Of a stretch of 41,827 nt of DNA, positions 1 through 9,982 are shown piece by piece. The notes beneath the pieces are model-generated. The model did no database searches and had not been told where the DNA came from. It saw only the letters and a program-made list of their open reading frames with translations. The position numbers and the translations under genes are program-made. Every line of letters starts with the position of its first letter. The first letter of the stretch is position 1. Source of the stretch: an uncultured Acidimicrobiaceae bacterium (GTDB lineage: Bacteria; Actinomycetota; Acidimicrobiia; Acidimicrobiales; UBA10347); contig CAZEMU010000003.1 of the NCBI GenBank assembly GCA_964513315.1, positions 32,176 to 74,002 of the forward strand, given 5' to 3'.

Positions 1-2
1 CG

Positions 3-1409
3 CTCCGCAACGCGTGCTTGGGGCGAGGCGCCCCGTCGTATGTGCGACCGCAGCTCAACCAGCTGATTGCCCGGGCGGTCGGCGCTGTCATCGCCGTTGA
101 CGCAACCCGGGACACGAGCCTTGCCGCTGCGGTCGATCTGCTCAACGCTGCGGGTGCGGTGGCCATGCAGTTCCGCGGAGCAACCGAGTCTGAGACCGAA
201 CCGCCCGAAGGAATGGAATCCGAAGGAGCAGGCTCCGCGCTCGACTCCGCCTCGACCCCCGACGAGCTACGCGATCGCGAAGGCGTCACGGGCGGCCAGC
301 CGATCGACGAAGAGATGGCCGGCAATCAGGGAACGCAGGCCGAAGACGACGACGATGACGAGCCGCTGGGCGGCCTCGTCCTGCCCGTCGGGCGGCGGGC
401 TGCCGCACCCGATGTGCGCACCTACGTCTACGACGAGTGGGATTTCCGCGCCGCAGCACATCGAACGGCCTGGTGCCGCGTGCTTGAGGAACGACTCGTG
501 GGCGATGACCCATCGTTCATCACCGATGTGCGAGATCGCCACCGCAACCTTCGCTCCGATATCCGGCGTCGCCTGGCCCGGCTCCGTCCCGAGCAGCTGG
601 TCCGCATTCCTCGGTCGGACGATGGCGACGAGCTCGACCTTGATGCGGCGATCGAGGCGATCATCGACCGACGTAGCGGCGCCCCGGTCGATGACCGCTT
701 GCGTATTCGTCGCGATCGCGCCGAACGAGATGTCGCCACGGTGTTCTTGGTCGATCTCAGCGCGTCCACAAGCTCACCTGTCACCGAGCCCGAACCGGTC
801 ACGCCTGCTGTTGATCCCGAGGACGACGCGATGTGCTACGCCCCGATCTGGGATCCGAACCTGCCGGTTCCAGAGCCGCCTCGGCGAGTCATCGATGTGG
901 CCAAGGACGCCGTCGCACTGCTGAGCGATGCGCTGACCGAGTTAGGGGATCGGCATGCGATCTTTGGCTTCTCGGGAAGCGGCCGCGAGAACGTCCAGAT
1001 CCGGGTGGTCAAGGAACTGAACGACCCGGTGTCGCCGATCACGTGGTCGGCGCTCGAGGCAATGCGCCCGATGCGCTACACCCGCATGGGGCCAGCCATC
1101 CGCCATGCGGCGATGAAGCTCGGTGCCGACAGTGCTCGCACCCGGCTGCTCATCGTGATCTCCGACGGCTATCCGCAAGACGTCGACTACGGCGACGACG
1201 TTCGCGACCGGGAGTACGGCATGCATGACACCGCCCGGGCGTTGGCAGACGCCCAGGCGGATGGCATTGACACATTCTGTTTGACGATCGACCCGGCCGG
1301 TCACGACTACCTGCGGGACATGGCGCCCGAGCGTCGCTACCTGGTCATCGACGATGTCGAGGCACTCCCCGAGGAGCTCCTCAAGGTCTGGCTCGCACTG
1401 TCCTCTTAG
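3..1409 (+). CDS. NorD/CbbO-type von Willebrand factor A domain protein (5'-truncated by window edge)
   Basis: Frame is open to the window start. YDEWD motif, DGDELDLDAAI, MIDAS DLSAST, YTRMGPAIRHA and ISDGYPQD are typical of NorD/CbbO chaperone adaptors. Confidence 0.85.
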   Translation, partial: LRNACLGRGAPSYVRPQLNQLIARAVGAVIAVDATRDTSLAAAVDLLNAAGAVAMQFRGATESETEPPEGMESEGAGSALDSASTPDELRDREGVTGGQPIDEEMAGNQGTQAEDDDDDEPLGGLVLPVGRRAAAPDVRTYVYDEWDFRAAAHRTAWCRVLEERLVGDDPSFITDVRDRHRNLRSDIRRRLARLRPEQLVRIPRSDDGDELDLDAAIEAIIDRRSGAPVDDRLRIRRDRAERDVATVFLVDLSASTSSPVTEPEPVTPAVDPEDDAMCYAPIWDPNLPVPEPPRRVIDVAKDAVALLSDALTELGDRHAIFGFSGSGRENVQIRVVKELNDPVSPITWSALEAMRPMRYTRMGPAIRHAAMKLGADSARTRLLIVISDGYPQDVDYGDDVRDREYGMHDTARALADAQADGIDTFCLTIDPAGHDYLRDMAPERRYLVIDDVEALPEELLKVWLALSS

Positions 1410-1419
1410 AGGGAGCAGC

Positions 1420-1830
1420 TCAGTGGTTGCAGTTGGGCCCGTGCTCGTGGCCACCAGCAGCATGGGCTGCTTCGTGACGCTCGATTTCGGCTCGAACCTC
1501 GTTCATGTCGAGTGCTTCGATCTGGGTGACCAGATCCTCGAGGGCGGCATGGGGGAGCGCGCCCGGCTGGGCGAAGACCTGCACGCCGTCACGAAACGCC
1601 ATGACCGTCGGGATCGACTGAATGCCCAGTTGCGCCGAGAGCTGTTGCTCAGCCTCGGTGTCGACCTTGGCGAACGTCACATCGGGGTGGCGGCCAGCGG
1701 CCTCTTCATAGATCGGAGCGAAGGAGCGGCACGGACCGCACCAGCTCGCCCAGAAGTCGACCAGGACGATGCCGTCAGCAGTGACGATCTCTTCGAACTG
1801 CTCGGTGGTGATGTCGACGGGGGTGCTCAT
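1420..1830 (-). CDS. trxA: Thioredoxin
   Basis: VDFWASWCGPC active site, cis-Pro motif SIPT, AGGAG RBS upstream. Confidence 0.95.
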   Translation of the reverse strand: MSTPVDITTEQFEEIVTADGIVLVDFWASWCGPCRSFAPIYEEAAGRHPDVTFAKVDTEAEQQLSAQLGIQSIPTVMAFRDGVQVFAQPGALPHAALEDLVTQIEALDMNEVRAEIERHEAAHAAGGHEHGPNCNH

Positions 1831-2029
1831 GGTTTCTCCTCGTTGTGCTCCGTCACTCAGAGCCGCTAAAGAAACCCGACCTCATGCATCGAAATTCCCA
1901 GCAAACAATCCGAACGGAAGTTACTGCCGTCCGATCTGACCGGATCGGGGCGGCGATCTCTCGGCCGCTCCATGGCTAGCCCTAACCGATTCCTCATTGG
2001 TCGGAGAGCGACTGAGTACATTCGGCGGG

Positions 2030-3112
2030 GTGACGGTCGTTCTTGAAGTGCTTGCGATCGTGGCCGGCGTCGTGATTGCCGTTGTCACTCTGTGGTCAGC
2101 GGTCCTCACGGTCGTCGTGCCGCGATCCGAGCGGCCTTACATCACCCGATGGCACTTTAAGTTCATCGGTGGCGTCGCCAACACGATCGCCAAGCGCATC
2201 TCGGACCCGGTACGTCGCGACCGGCTCGAATCCCGCATCGCACCCTTCGGACTCGTGACATTGCCGTTTGTCTGGGCCGCACACGTGACGATCGGGTTCG
2301 CCCTGATCTTTCGGGGGCTCAGCGTCGACACTTTTCGTGATGCCGTGGTCCTGTCAGGATCGGCGCTCACCACCTTGGGCGTCACGACCAGCGATCACAC
2401 GGTCACCCTCTTGCTCGTCGTCGGCGAGGCCCTGATCGGACTTGGTCTCGTCGCCCTCATGATCAGCTATCTGCCGACGATCTACGGTGCTTACACCTCG
2501 CGCGAAGTCGCCGTGGCTCGACTCGAAGTTCGGGCCGGACGCCCACCCCACCCGGTCACGTTCCTCGAGCGAACCAACCTGATCGGATGGCTCGACCACA
2601 TGGATCTTGTGTGGGCCGAATGGGAGGACTGGTTTCTCCAGATCGAAGAGACCCACACCACACACACCTCGCTGCCGTTCTTCCGTTCCGCGTACTACGG
2701 GCGCAGCTGGGTCGTCGCCGCTGGCACCGTGCTCGACACTGCGGCCCTCATCCAGTCGACGATCGACATCGAGGCGTCGCCCCGCGCCGCTCTCTGTCTG
2801 CGTTCCGGATTCACCACGTTGGGCCGCATCGCGGACGCGCTGGACATCGAGTACCCGTCGGATCCGCATTGGCCCGCCGAATCGATCGCGCTCGAACGCG
2901 ACGTGTTCGACGCGCTATGCGAGGAACTCGAAGCGCTTGAGATTCCTCTGGTCGACGACCTCGACGAGGCGTGGCGCAACTTCTGCGGCTGGCGCGTCAA
3001 CTACGACCAGGCGCTCTACGGACTGTTCAAGGCCCTGCGCGTCGAGCCCGGCGAGTGGTTCGAACACGGCTCGGTCCGCCCCTCGGACCTGTCCCGGCCA
3101 TCTGCAGCATGA
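2030..3112 (+). CDS. Membrane protein with potassium-channel-like pore (Ion_trans_2-like) and C-terminal soluble domain
   Basis: TM helices flank a pore-like SGSALTTLG segment, followed by EALIGLGLVALMISYLPTIY. Start set at GTG 2030 (TACATT -10 element 7 nt upstream). Confidence 0.65.
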   Translation: MTVVLEVLAIVAGVVIAVVTLWSAVLTVVVPRSERPYITRWHFKFIGGVANTIAKRISDPVRRDRLESRIAPFGLVTLPFVWAAHVTIGFALIFRGLSVDTFRDAVVLSGSALTTLGVTTSDHTVTLLLVVGEALIGLGLVALMISYLPTIYGAYTSREVAVARLEVRAGRPPHPVTFLERTNLIGWLDHMDLVWAEWEDWFLQIEETHTTHTSLPFFRSAYYGRSWVVAAGTVLDTAALIQSTIDIEASPRAALCLRSGFTTLGRIADALDIEYPSDPHWPAESIALERDVFDALCEELEALEIPLVDDLDEAWRNFCGWRVNYDQALYGLFKALRVEPGEWFEHGSVRPSDLSRPSAA

Positions 3113-3130
3113 CACGGTCTCGCCGAAGGC

Positions 3131-4723
3131 CTACGCGAACACGAAGCCGGAGTAACCGGCTTCGGCGCACTCGGTGAGTGCGGCGCGGTAGGCGTCGCTA
3201 CTCGGCAGATTGAGTAGCTGCCGGCGCTTGCCAGGGATGTTGGCGCCCATGTACCAACTGTCGGCTTTGCCGAACAGCGTCATCTCGGCCCAGCCAGCGA
3301 GTACCTCGGACCATTGCTCTGCGGCCGCGTGCTCGGTATCGAAGCGGGTCAGTTCGTTGGCACGGAGATGCTCAAGTAGGTCCACGGTCCATTCGCCCTG
3401 GATCTCGGCGCACACCGGACCGTTGCAGAACGACGCCGCACTTTGCGGGCCGTACAGCATGATCATGTTCGGGAACCCGGGAGCCGCCATGCCGAGGTGG
3501 GTGTCGACCCCATCGGCCCACGCATCGCCGATCCACAGCCCGCCGGTGCCTCGGAAGTCCATGCGGGTGAAGCCGCCAGTGTTGGCGTCGAAGCCGGTCG
3601 CCAATACGAGCACGTCGAGGTCGATATGCCCGGACTCGGTCTGCACCCCCTTCGGCGTGATCATGACGAGCGGGTCCCGCTTGAGGTCGACGAGCGACAC
3701 GTCGTCACGATCGAACAGGTCGTAGAAGTTCTGCTCGAGGGACGGTCGTTTCGTGCCGAACGGATACGGCGGATCGGTCGGCGCCAAACTCTCGTGCAGC
3801 GATTCGTCTGTAATCCGGGACCGGGTCTTATCCCGCCAGAAATCATACGCCAGCCGGTTCGCCTCTTCGTTGGCCAGCGTGTCCTTGAACCCGCCGACCC
3901 AGAAGTGGAAGCCACCCTTCGCCCACCGGTCCTCGTACACCGCGATGCGTTCCTCGTCACTGACATCGAGTGCCGATCGGTTGTCTCGGATCATGTCGTG
4001 GAAGCTGCCGGGCGGCGCGTTGCGAGTGCGAAACACCTGCTCGTAATCGAGCTTGGCCTCGGCCTGCCGCTCGGGCGTCAGCTGCCGCTGCTCCATCGGC
4101 AACGCCATGTTCGGCGTCCGCTGGAAGATCGTCAGATGCGCAGCAACTCCGGCGGCTTCTTGCGCCACCTGTACGCCGCTCGCTCCCGTGCCAACGATGC
4201 CGACACGCTTCCCCTGGAGCGGTAGCCCCTCGAGCGGCCACGCGGCCGTGTGGTGGGCAGCTCCCGCGAAATCGTGGAGGCCCGGCAGGTCCGGCACATA
4301 CGGCGCGGACCCAAACCCCGTGCACATGACCAACCACCGACAGCCGTAGCTACGGCCATCGTCGGTTGCGAGGTTCCACTCGTGCGCATCGTCGTTGAAA
4401 TGCGCCCGGGCAATGCGAGTGTTCAGATCGATGTCGGGGGAGAGGTCCCACACTGCGTCGACGTGATCGAAGTAAGCAACGAGCTCTTCGCGGCCCGGGA
4501 AGCGTTCTTTCCAGTTCCAGTCCTCCCAGATCTCGCGCATCGAGTACTCGTAGTTCGGGATGTGGCAGTCGACCCGAGCACCCGGATACCGGTTGTGATG
4601 CCACACGCCGCCGAGCCCGCTGCCGGCTTCGACGAGCCGAACCGCCCAACCCTCTTCGCGCAGCCGCTTCAGCTGGTAGAGCCCGTTGAAGCCCGCTCCC
4701 ACGATCACGACGTCGTACCGCAT
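3131..4723 (-). CDS. Baeyer-Villiger monooxygenase (cyclohexanone monooxygenase family)
   Basis: GAGFNG, GGVWHHNRYPG, BVMO fingerprint FAGAAHHTAAWP, second Rossmann motif GTGASG, ATGF, SWYMGANIPGK. Confidence 0.93.
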   Translation of the reverse strand: MRYDVVIVGAGFNGLYQLKRLREEGWAVRLVEAGSGLGGVWHHNRYPGARVDCHIPNYEYSMREIWEDWNWKERFPGREELVAYFDHVDAVWDLSPDIDLNTRIARAHFNDDAHEWNLATDDGRSYGCRWLVMCTGFGSAPYVPDLPGLHDFAGAAHHTAAWPLEGLPLQGKRVGIVGTGASGVQVAQEAAGVAAHLTIFQRTPNMALPMEQRQLTPERQAEAKLDYEQVFRTRNAPPGSFHDMIRDNRSALDVSDEERIAVYEDRWAKGGFHFWVGGFKDTLANEEANRLAYDFWRDKTRSRITDESLHESLAPTDPPYPFGTKRPSLEQNFYDLFDRDDVSLVDLKRDPLVMITPKGVQTESGHIDLDVLVLATGFDANTGGFTRMDFRGTGGLWIGDAWADGVDTHLGMAAPGFPNMIMLYGPQSAASFCNGPVCAEIQGEWTVDLLEHLRANELTRFDTEHAAAEQWSEVLAGWAEMTLFGKADSWYMGANIPGKRRQLLNLPSSDAYRAALTECAEAGYSGFVFA

Positions 4724-4836
4724 GCCAGCCTCGCACTGCATGTAGGCAGGGTCGCAGCTCGACGCCTCGCAGCGAAAATCGGGCTTCTACTAGTGTTGCC
4801 CCTGCACACATCTCTTTCTGATGAGCTGAGGGGAAC

Positions 4837-6477
4837 ATGACGGCACTGGCAATCGATTCGGGCGCAACGGACGTACCGCTGATCGAGATGACAATTGGTG
4901 ATCTGCTTGCCCAAACGGTCGCCGAACATGGCGATCGAGAAGCGCTCATCGTCACCCACCAAGACATCCGGTTGAGCTGGAACGAGTTCGGTGAGATCGT
5001 CGACCGGGTCGCCAAAGGCCTGATGGCGTACGGCATCGACAAGGGCGACCGCGTCGGCATGTGGAGCCCGAACTACGCCGAATGGGTTTTCGTCCAGTTC
5101 GCCACCGCCAAGATCGGCGCCATCCAGGTCAACGTGAACCCGGCCTACCGCACGAGCGAACTCGAGTACGCCATCAACCAGTCGGGCATGAAAGTGCTCG
5201 TCACGAAGACCGAGTACCTGACCTCGATGTATCGAGACATGGTCGAGTCGGTCACCCCGAACTGCCCCGACTTCGAACGCGCCGTCTACTTCGACACCGA
5301 CGACTGGCAGGCGCTGCTCGACGCCGGCAACGCCATCAGCGACGAAGACCTCGCCGCCCGCAACGCCAGCTGCGAACCCGGCGACGCGATCAACATCCAG
5401 TACACGAGCGGCACGACCGGCTACCCCAAGGGCGCCACGCTCAGCCACATGGCGCTCATCAACGACGCCAAGATGGTCGGCGAGATGCAGGCGTTCAGTG
5501 CGGACGATCGCCTGTGCATCCCCGTGCCCTTCTACCACTGCTTCGGCATGGTCATGGGCAACCTGGCGTGCTGCGTGTTCGGTATGCCGATGGTGATTCC
5601 GTCGCCGACGTTCAACCCTGGCGAGGTCCTGCAGACCGTGTCCGACGAGCAGTGCACCGTGCTCTACGGCGTGCCGACCATGTTCATCGCTGAGCTCGGC
5701 CATGCCGATCTGGAGTCGTTCGACCTGTCGCAACTGCGCACCGGCGTGATGGCTGGCTCGCCGTGCCCGATCGAAGTCATGCGCGATGTCATCGACAAGA
5801 TGAACATGTCCGAAGTCACCATCGCCTACGGCCAGACCGAAACGTCGCCGGTGTCGACCCAGACCCGCACGACCGACTCGGTCGAGAAGCGAGTCACCAC
5901 CGTCGGCCAGGTGCTTCCCCACGTTGAAGCCAAGATCGTCGACCCGGAAACAGGCGACACGGTCGCCCGTGGCCAAGAAGGCGAGTACTGCACCCGCGGC
6001 TTCCACGTGATGCTCGGTTACTGGAACGATCCCGAGAAGACCGACGCTGCGATCGACAACGAAGGCTGGATGCACTCGGGTGACCTGGCGACGATGGACG
6101 ACGAAGGCTTCGTCAACATTGTCGGGCGCATCAAGGACATGATCATCCGCGGCGGCGAGAACGTGTACCCGCGAGAGATCGAAGAGTTCCTCTACACGCA
6201 CCCCAAGGTCGCGGACGCCCAAGTCATCGGCGTGCCCGACGAGAAGTACGGCGAAGAGATCATGGCCTGGGTCCAGCTCGCCGAGGGCGAAGACTGCACC
6301 GAGGACGAACTCAAAGAGTTCTGCCGCGGCAAGATCGCCCACTTCAAGGTCCCTCGCTACATCGCATTCGTGAACGAGTTCCCGATGACGGTCACTGGCA
6401 AGGTCCGCAAGATCGAGATGCGCGAGAAGTCGATCGCCGACCTCGGCCTCGAGTCCCACATCAGCGAAACCGCCTGA
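4837..6477 (+). CDS. AMP-binding fatty acyl-CoA synthetase (ACSF2/YngI-like)
   Basis: [41 protein letters not shown]. Confidence 0.93.
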   Translation: MTALAIDSGATDVPLIEMTIGDLLAQTVAEHGDREALIVTHQDIRLSWNEFGEIVDRVAKGLMAYGIDKGDRVGMWSPNYAEWVFVQFATAKIGAIQVNVNPAYRTSELEYAINQSGMKVLVTKTEYLTSMYRDMVESVTPNCPDFERAVYFDTDDWQALLDAGNAISDEDLAARNASCEPGDAINIQYTSGTTGYPKGATLSHMALINDAKMVGEMQAFSADDRLCIPVPFYHCFGMVMGNLACCVFGMPMVIPSPTFNPGEVLQTVSDEQCTVLYGVPTMFIAELGHADLESFDLSQLRTGVMAGSPCPIEVMRDVIDKMNMSEVTIAYGQTETSPVSTQTRTTDSVEKRVTTVGQVLPHVEAKIVDPETGDTVARGQEGEYCTRGFHVMLGYWNDPEKTDAAIDNEGWMHSGDLATMDDEGFVNIVGRIKDMIIRGGENVYPREIEEFLYTHPKVADAQVIGVPDEKYGEEIMAWVQLAEGEDCTEDELKEFCRGKIAHFKVPRYIAFVNEFPMTVTGKVRKIEMREKSIADLGLESHISETA

Positions 6478-6489
6478 GGAGGCGCACCC

Positions 6490-7722
6490 GTGCAGCGAAT
6501 CGTCGCCGATGTTCTGATCCCTGGCCGGGGCGAACCGATCGAGAACGGCACGGTGATCCTTGGCGCCGGCGGCAAGCGGGGCGTGATCACCTATGCCGGC
6601 CCGACAGCCGACGCGCCCGCACCGACCAACGACGAAACGGTCACCGAAGTGCCCGTCGTGATGCCGGGTCTGTGGGACTGCCACAGCCACTTCGTCGGCA
6701 TGCCCCAGCCGAACATCGAAACGATCGCGCAGACCGAACCGGTGACCGCAGCGGCCCGGGCGACCGATGATCTGCGGGCCGTCCTCAATGGCGGCATCAC
6801 CAGCACCCGCGAGGTCGGAGGCATGGGCCTGCACCTTGGTGACGCCATCGACGAAGGGCGCATCCCCGGACCACACATTCACGCAGCCGGACGCATCTTG
6901 TCGACCACCGGCGGCCACGGCGACCTGCACGGGTTTCCGATCGAGGCGGTTCACCAGTTGCTGTGCAACCACCACTTCTCGATCTTGTGCGACGGTGTGC
7001 CCGAGGTCCTCAAGGCCGTGCGCCTGAACCTGCGTTCCAACGCCAAGCTGATCAAGGTCTGTGCCAGCGGCGGTGTGATGTCGGAAGTCGATCACCCGAT
7101 GCATCAGCAGTTCTCCGACGAGGAGTTGGCCGCCATCGTGCAAGAAGCGGCCCGCGCCGAGCGGATCGTTGCCGCTCACTGTCACGGCAAGGCCGGGATC
7201 ATGGCCGCCATCCGCGCCGGCTGCCACACGATCGAGCACGGCAGCTTCTTGGACGAAGAAGGCGCCGAGGCGATGGCCGCCCAGGGGACGATGTTCGTGC
7301 CGACCCGCTACGTCGTCGATGCGCTGCTTGGCTCGCCCGAGAACCTGCCGGCCTATGTCTATGAGAAGGGCCAGATGGTTGCCGGCGCCCACGAACAGGC
7401 GATGAAGATCGCCATCGCCAAGGGCGTCAAGATTGCGGCTGGCTGCGACATCTTCGTGTCCGGCCAGTTCTACGGCACCGGCAGCCTCGAGGTCATGCAC
7501 CTCATCAATGCCGGGCTGACCGACCTCGAAGCAATCGAAGCTGCGACGGCCAATGGCCCCGAGACGCTCGGCCCACAAGCGCCGATGAGCGGCCAGCTCC
7601 ACCAGGGTTACGACGCCGACGTCATTGCGATGGATACGAATCCGCTCGATGATCGCTCGGTGTGGGGTGATCCCGATCGCGTCACACACGTGTGGAAGTC
7701 GGCGGCACTGATCAAGGGGTAG
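6490..7722 (+). CDS. Metal-dependent amidohydrolase (prolidase-like subgroup)
   Basis: MPGLWDCHSH, IKVCASGG, AHCHG, IEHG, AGCD metal-ligand motifs. Confidence 0.9.
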   Translation: MQRIVADVLIPGRGEPIENGTVILGAGGKRGVITYAGPTADAPAPTNDETVTEVPVVMPGLWDCHSHFVGMPQPNIETIAQTEPVTAAARATDDLRAVLNGGITSTREVGGMGLHLGDAIDEGRIPGPHIHAAGRILSTTGGHGDLHGFPIEAVHQLLCNHHFSILCDGVPEVLKAVRLNLRSNAKLIKVCASGGVMSEVDHPMHQQFSDEELAAIVQEAARAERIVAAHCHGKAGIMAAIRAGCHTIEHGSFLDEEGAEAMAAQGTMFVPTRYVVDALLGSPENLPAYVYEKGQMVAGAHEQAMKIAIAKGVKIAAGCDIFVSGQFYGTGSLEVMHLINAGLTDLEAIEAATANGPETLGPQAPMSGQLHQGYDADVIAMDTNPLDDRSVWGDPDRVTHVWKSAALIKG

Positions 7723-7775
7723 CCCCACGCTGCGATCAGCGTGAGCAGGCGCGATTGGTCCCGGGGCGGCTTGGT

Positions 7776-9092
7776 TCATCGGACGGTCTCGCCCGTTGGT
7801 GTCGTGATGGTGATGGTGCCGTCGGAGCCGCGGCAGACGAGGTAACCGGCTTCTTTGCGCCAGTTGTGCGTGGGGCAGGCGGGTGCTCCGTTCATTTGTG
7901 TCGTCGGCCCGCCCCGGGCGGCGGGTCTCAAGTGGTCGATGTGGCACTGGGTCACCGGCCGGTGACAGCCGGGCCAGTAGCACTCGTCGGTCTGGAGCTC
8001 GACGCCGAGGCGTGTGAGCCCGGTGAAGAAGCGCTGCTCGACCGAGAGATCAATGGTGATCCCGGCGGCGTCTTGGACGACCCGGCGGAAGCTTCCCGTG
8101 ACGAGCTCAGCGATCGCTGAGGGCGCATGGATCGGGTGGCCATCGAGATCGGTCACGCCGTAGTCATCGGGGGAGAGGCGTTGCAGAGGAAGGCCGTTCC
8201 ATCGACGGAAGAGCTCTTCGGCCGTGTCGCCCTGCCACACGATGTTGTGGACGCGCTTCACCCGCACAGATGAGGCTGTGTTTGCGGCCGCATCTTCGGC
8301 CATCTGGCAGAGCGCGTCGGCCCGGCGCTGCGCATCGGTGCGCTCCAGGACTTCCAGGGTGGTTGCGTCGCCATGCACAGCCTGGGCGTTGTCCCAGTCG
8401 AGCTTGAATTCGGCGTCGACATAGGCGGCGAAGACTTCGTTGAATCGCGACCCTGCAGCGGAGCCGAGCTGGGCCCGCAGATGCCATGCGGTGGAGAAGT
8501 GGTCCTGCGACAGACTCGCGTCGCGCGACTCGTGCGTTGGGTCGGCTGCAGGAGATGAGCCGTCATCGTCGGCGAGCTCAACCCATCGAGCGATCTTGCG
8601 TTCGAACCGCTTCCAGCTGAGCTTGCGAGCTTGGGCGAGGAACCACACCTGGTCATCAATGAAGCGGTCGCGGACTCGCCGGTTCGCGTAGACCTTGCCC
8701 AGCAGTACCGCCTGGTCGACGCCGAGTTCTCCCGCTGCCCAGCTGCGAGCGATGTGGTCCGCCCGATCTCCGTGGACCATGCGCCTCACCCGATCCATCC
8801 GGAACGCGTCGGCGCCCGAAAGACCAGCCAAATGACCGACCATCGTTCGGGCGGACGAGTGACCCTGGTCCACGAAGATTCGAGAGGCGTCGATCGCCTG
8901 CATCGTGTCCACCACGGTGACGGCGGCCAGCCGCCGCAGTCGCTCAGCAATCTGGATCGCTCGATCGGCCGAGTCGACCCCAGTGATCAGCGGGGCGCCA
9001 GTCTCAGTCGCCTCGCTCAGCGCCAACAACGCGGCCTGATGCGCAACGTTGGCAGTATCGAAACCGATTGACGTTTCGCTTGGCATGGACAT
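7776..9092 (-). CDS. DUF222 domain / HNH endonuclease (REP13E12-like family)
   Basis: QRRADAL motif; C-terminal CYWPGC...CHIDH...GGPT...NGAPACPTHN HNH/zinc module; GAGGTG RBS before ATG 9092. Confidence 0.88.
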   Translation of the reverse strand: MSMPSETSIGFDTANVAHQAALLALSEATETGAPLITGVDSADRAIQIAERLRRLAAVTVVDTMQAIDASRIFVDQGHSSARTMVGHLAGLSGADAFRMDRVRRMVHGDRADHIARSWAAGELGVDQAVLLGKVYANRRVRDRFIDDQVWFLAQARKLSWKRFERKIARWVELADDDGSSPAADPTHESRDASLSQDHFSTAWHLRAQLGSAAGSRFNEVFAAYVDAEFKLDWDNAQAVHGDATTLEVLERTDAQRRADALCQMAEDAAANTASSVRVKRVHNIVWQGDTAEELFRRWNGLPLQRLSPDDYGVTDLDGHPIHAPSAIAELVTGSFRRVVQDAAGITIDLSVEQRFFTGLTRLGVELQTDECYWPGCHRPVTQCHIDHLRPAARGGPTTQMNGAPACPTHNWRKEAGYLVCRGSDGTITITTPTGETVR

Positions 9093-9292
9093 AGGACACC
9101 TCGGACCTGGCTTGGGAAGCTCAGATGTAGGTGCCGATCCAATGCCACTGGTCGACGATGAGGTGGTGCAGTACGAACAGCCAGACCCTTCACTGCCAGA
9201 CCAGAGCTCTACCTCACCAATGTTGAGGCCGGAGATGGAACGACAAGGTCGCTGTTGGGCTCACCACCCGAACGTGTCGGGCTCGCCTGATC

Positions 9293-9321
9293 ACCCTACA
9301 CGAACATACGTTCGATTGCAA
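9293..9321 (-). promoter_or_regulatory. Sigma70-type promoter (TTGCAA-17 nt-TAGGGT) with LexA/SOS box CGAAC-ATAC-GTTCG (9301-9314) in its spacer
   Basis: Minus strand reads TTGCAA tcgaacgtatgttcgtg TAGGGT; the box matches the actinobacterial consensus TCGAAC-N4-GTTCGA at all but one terminal base. Confidence 0.8.
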
Positions 9322-9343
9322 GTGGAGCGGTTAGGATCTCGAG

Positions 9344-9982
9344 GTGTCCAGCGCCTCGCCCAAGATCGTGCTCTTGAATGGCGCTCCTCGATCGGGCAAG
9401 TCGTCAATCGCTGACTGTCTCATCGACAGCCACGTGGGTTGGGTACGCGACGGTGTCGACGCAGACATGGCAGCAACGCCAGCGTCGCTGAGGCCTGGAA
9501 TCGGGTTGCGGCCAGGCGGTGAGCGTCCGGACCTCGAAGAAACGGTGCACAACCGATACCGCGCCCTGTTCGAGCGCCTCGTGCAGCAATTGAAGTCCGG
9601 GAACTCGGTCGTGGTCGACGTGGGGTTGCACCATCATTACGCCTCAGCGCTGCATCCGCTTTGGGACGCAGCAGAGCAACTTCCGCTCGACGCAACTTGG
9701 CTTGTCGGTGTGCACTGTGACCTCGAGGCGATCCTTGAACGGCGCCGCCGGTCACCATCCGAGCTGTATGAGTCCGGCGAGGTGGGACTGGTGCCAGCCC
9801 CAATTGTGCGTTGGCAAGCAGCCGTTCACGATCCGGGGATCTACGACCTGCGTGTCGACACGTCGACCGAGTCGGCGACAGCGTGCGCAGCCACAATCCT
9901 CACCCACATCAATCGAGCCGAGCCGTTGGCGATGCGAACCATCTCCTCTCAGCCCAGGCCGGAGTCGTTACGGGCTGAGTGA
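9344..9982 (+). CDS. Chloramphenicol phosphotransferase (CPT)-like P-loop kinase
   Basis: LLNGAPRSGKSS Walker A; VVVD, VGVHC, WQAAVH...YDLRVDTS...CA are typical of the CPT family. Confidence 0.8.
   Translation: MSSASPKIVLLNGAPRSGKSSIADCLIDSHVGWVRDGVDADMAATPASLRPGIGLRPGGERPDLEETVHNRYRALFERLVQQLKSGNSVVVDVGLHHHYASALHPLWDAAEQLPLDATWLVGVHCDLEAILERRRRSPSELYESGEVGLVPAPIVRWQAAVHDPGIYDLRVDTSTESATACAATILTHINRAEPLAMRTISSQPRPESLRAE

Noticed and set aside
4705-7983. 1092-aa minus-strand ORF (and similar long ORFs 17033..18586, 22761..24200, 26457..27956, 30350..31804)
   Set aside because: Antisense or off-frame shadows of clearly recognisable genes, typical of high-GC codon bias, with no family motifs
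9344-9982. Chloramphenicol resistance gene
   Set aside because: Family-level similarity only; most CPT-like kinases are uncharacterised
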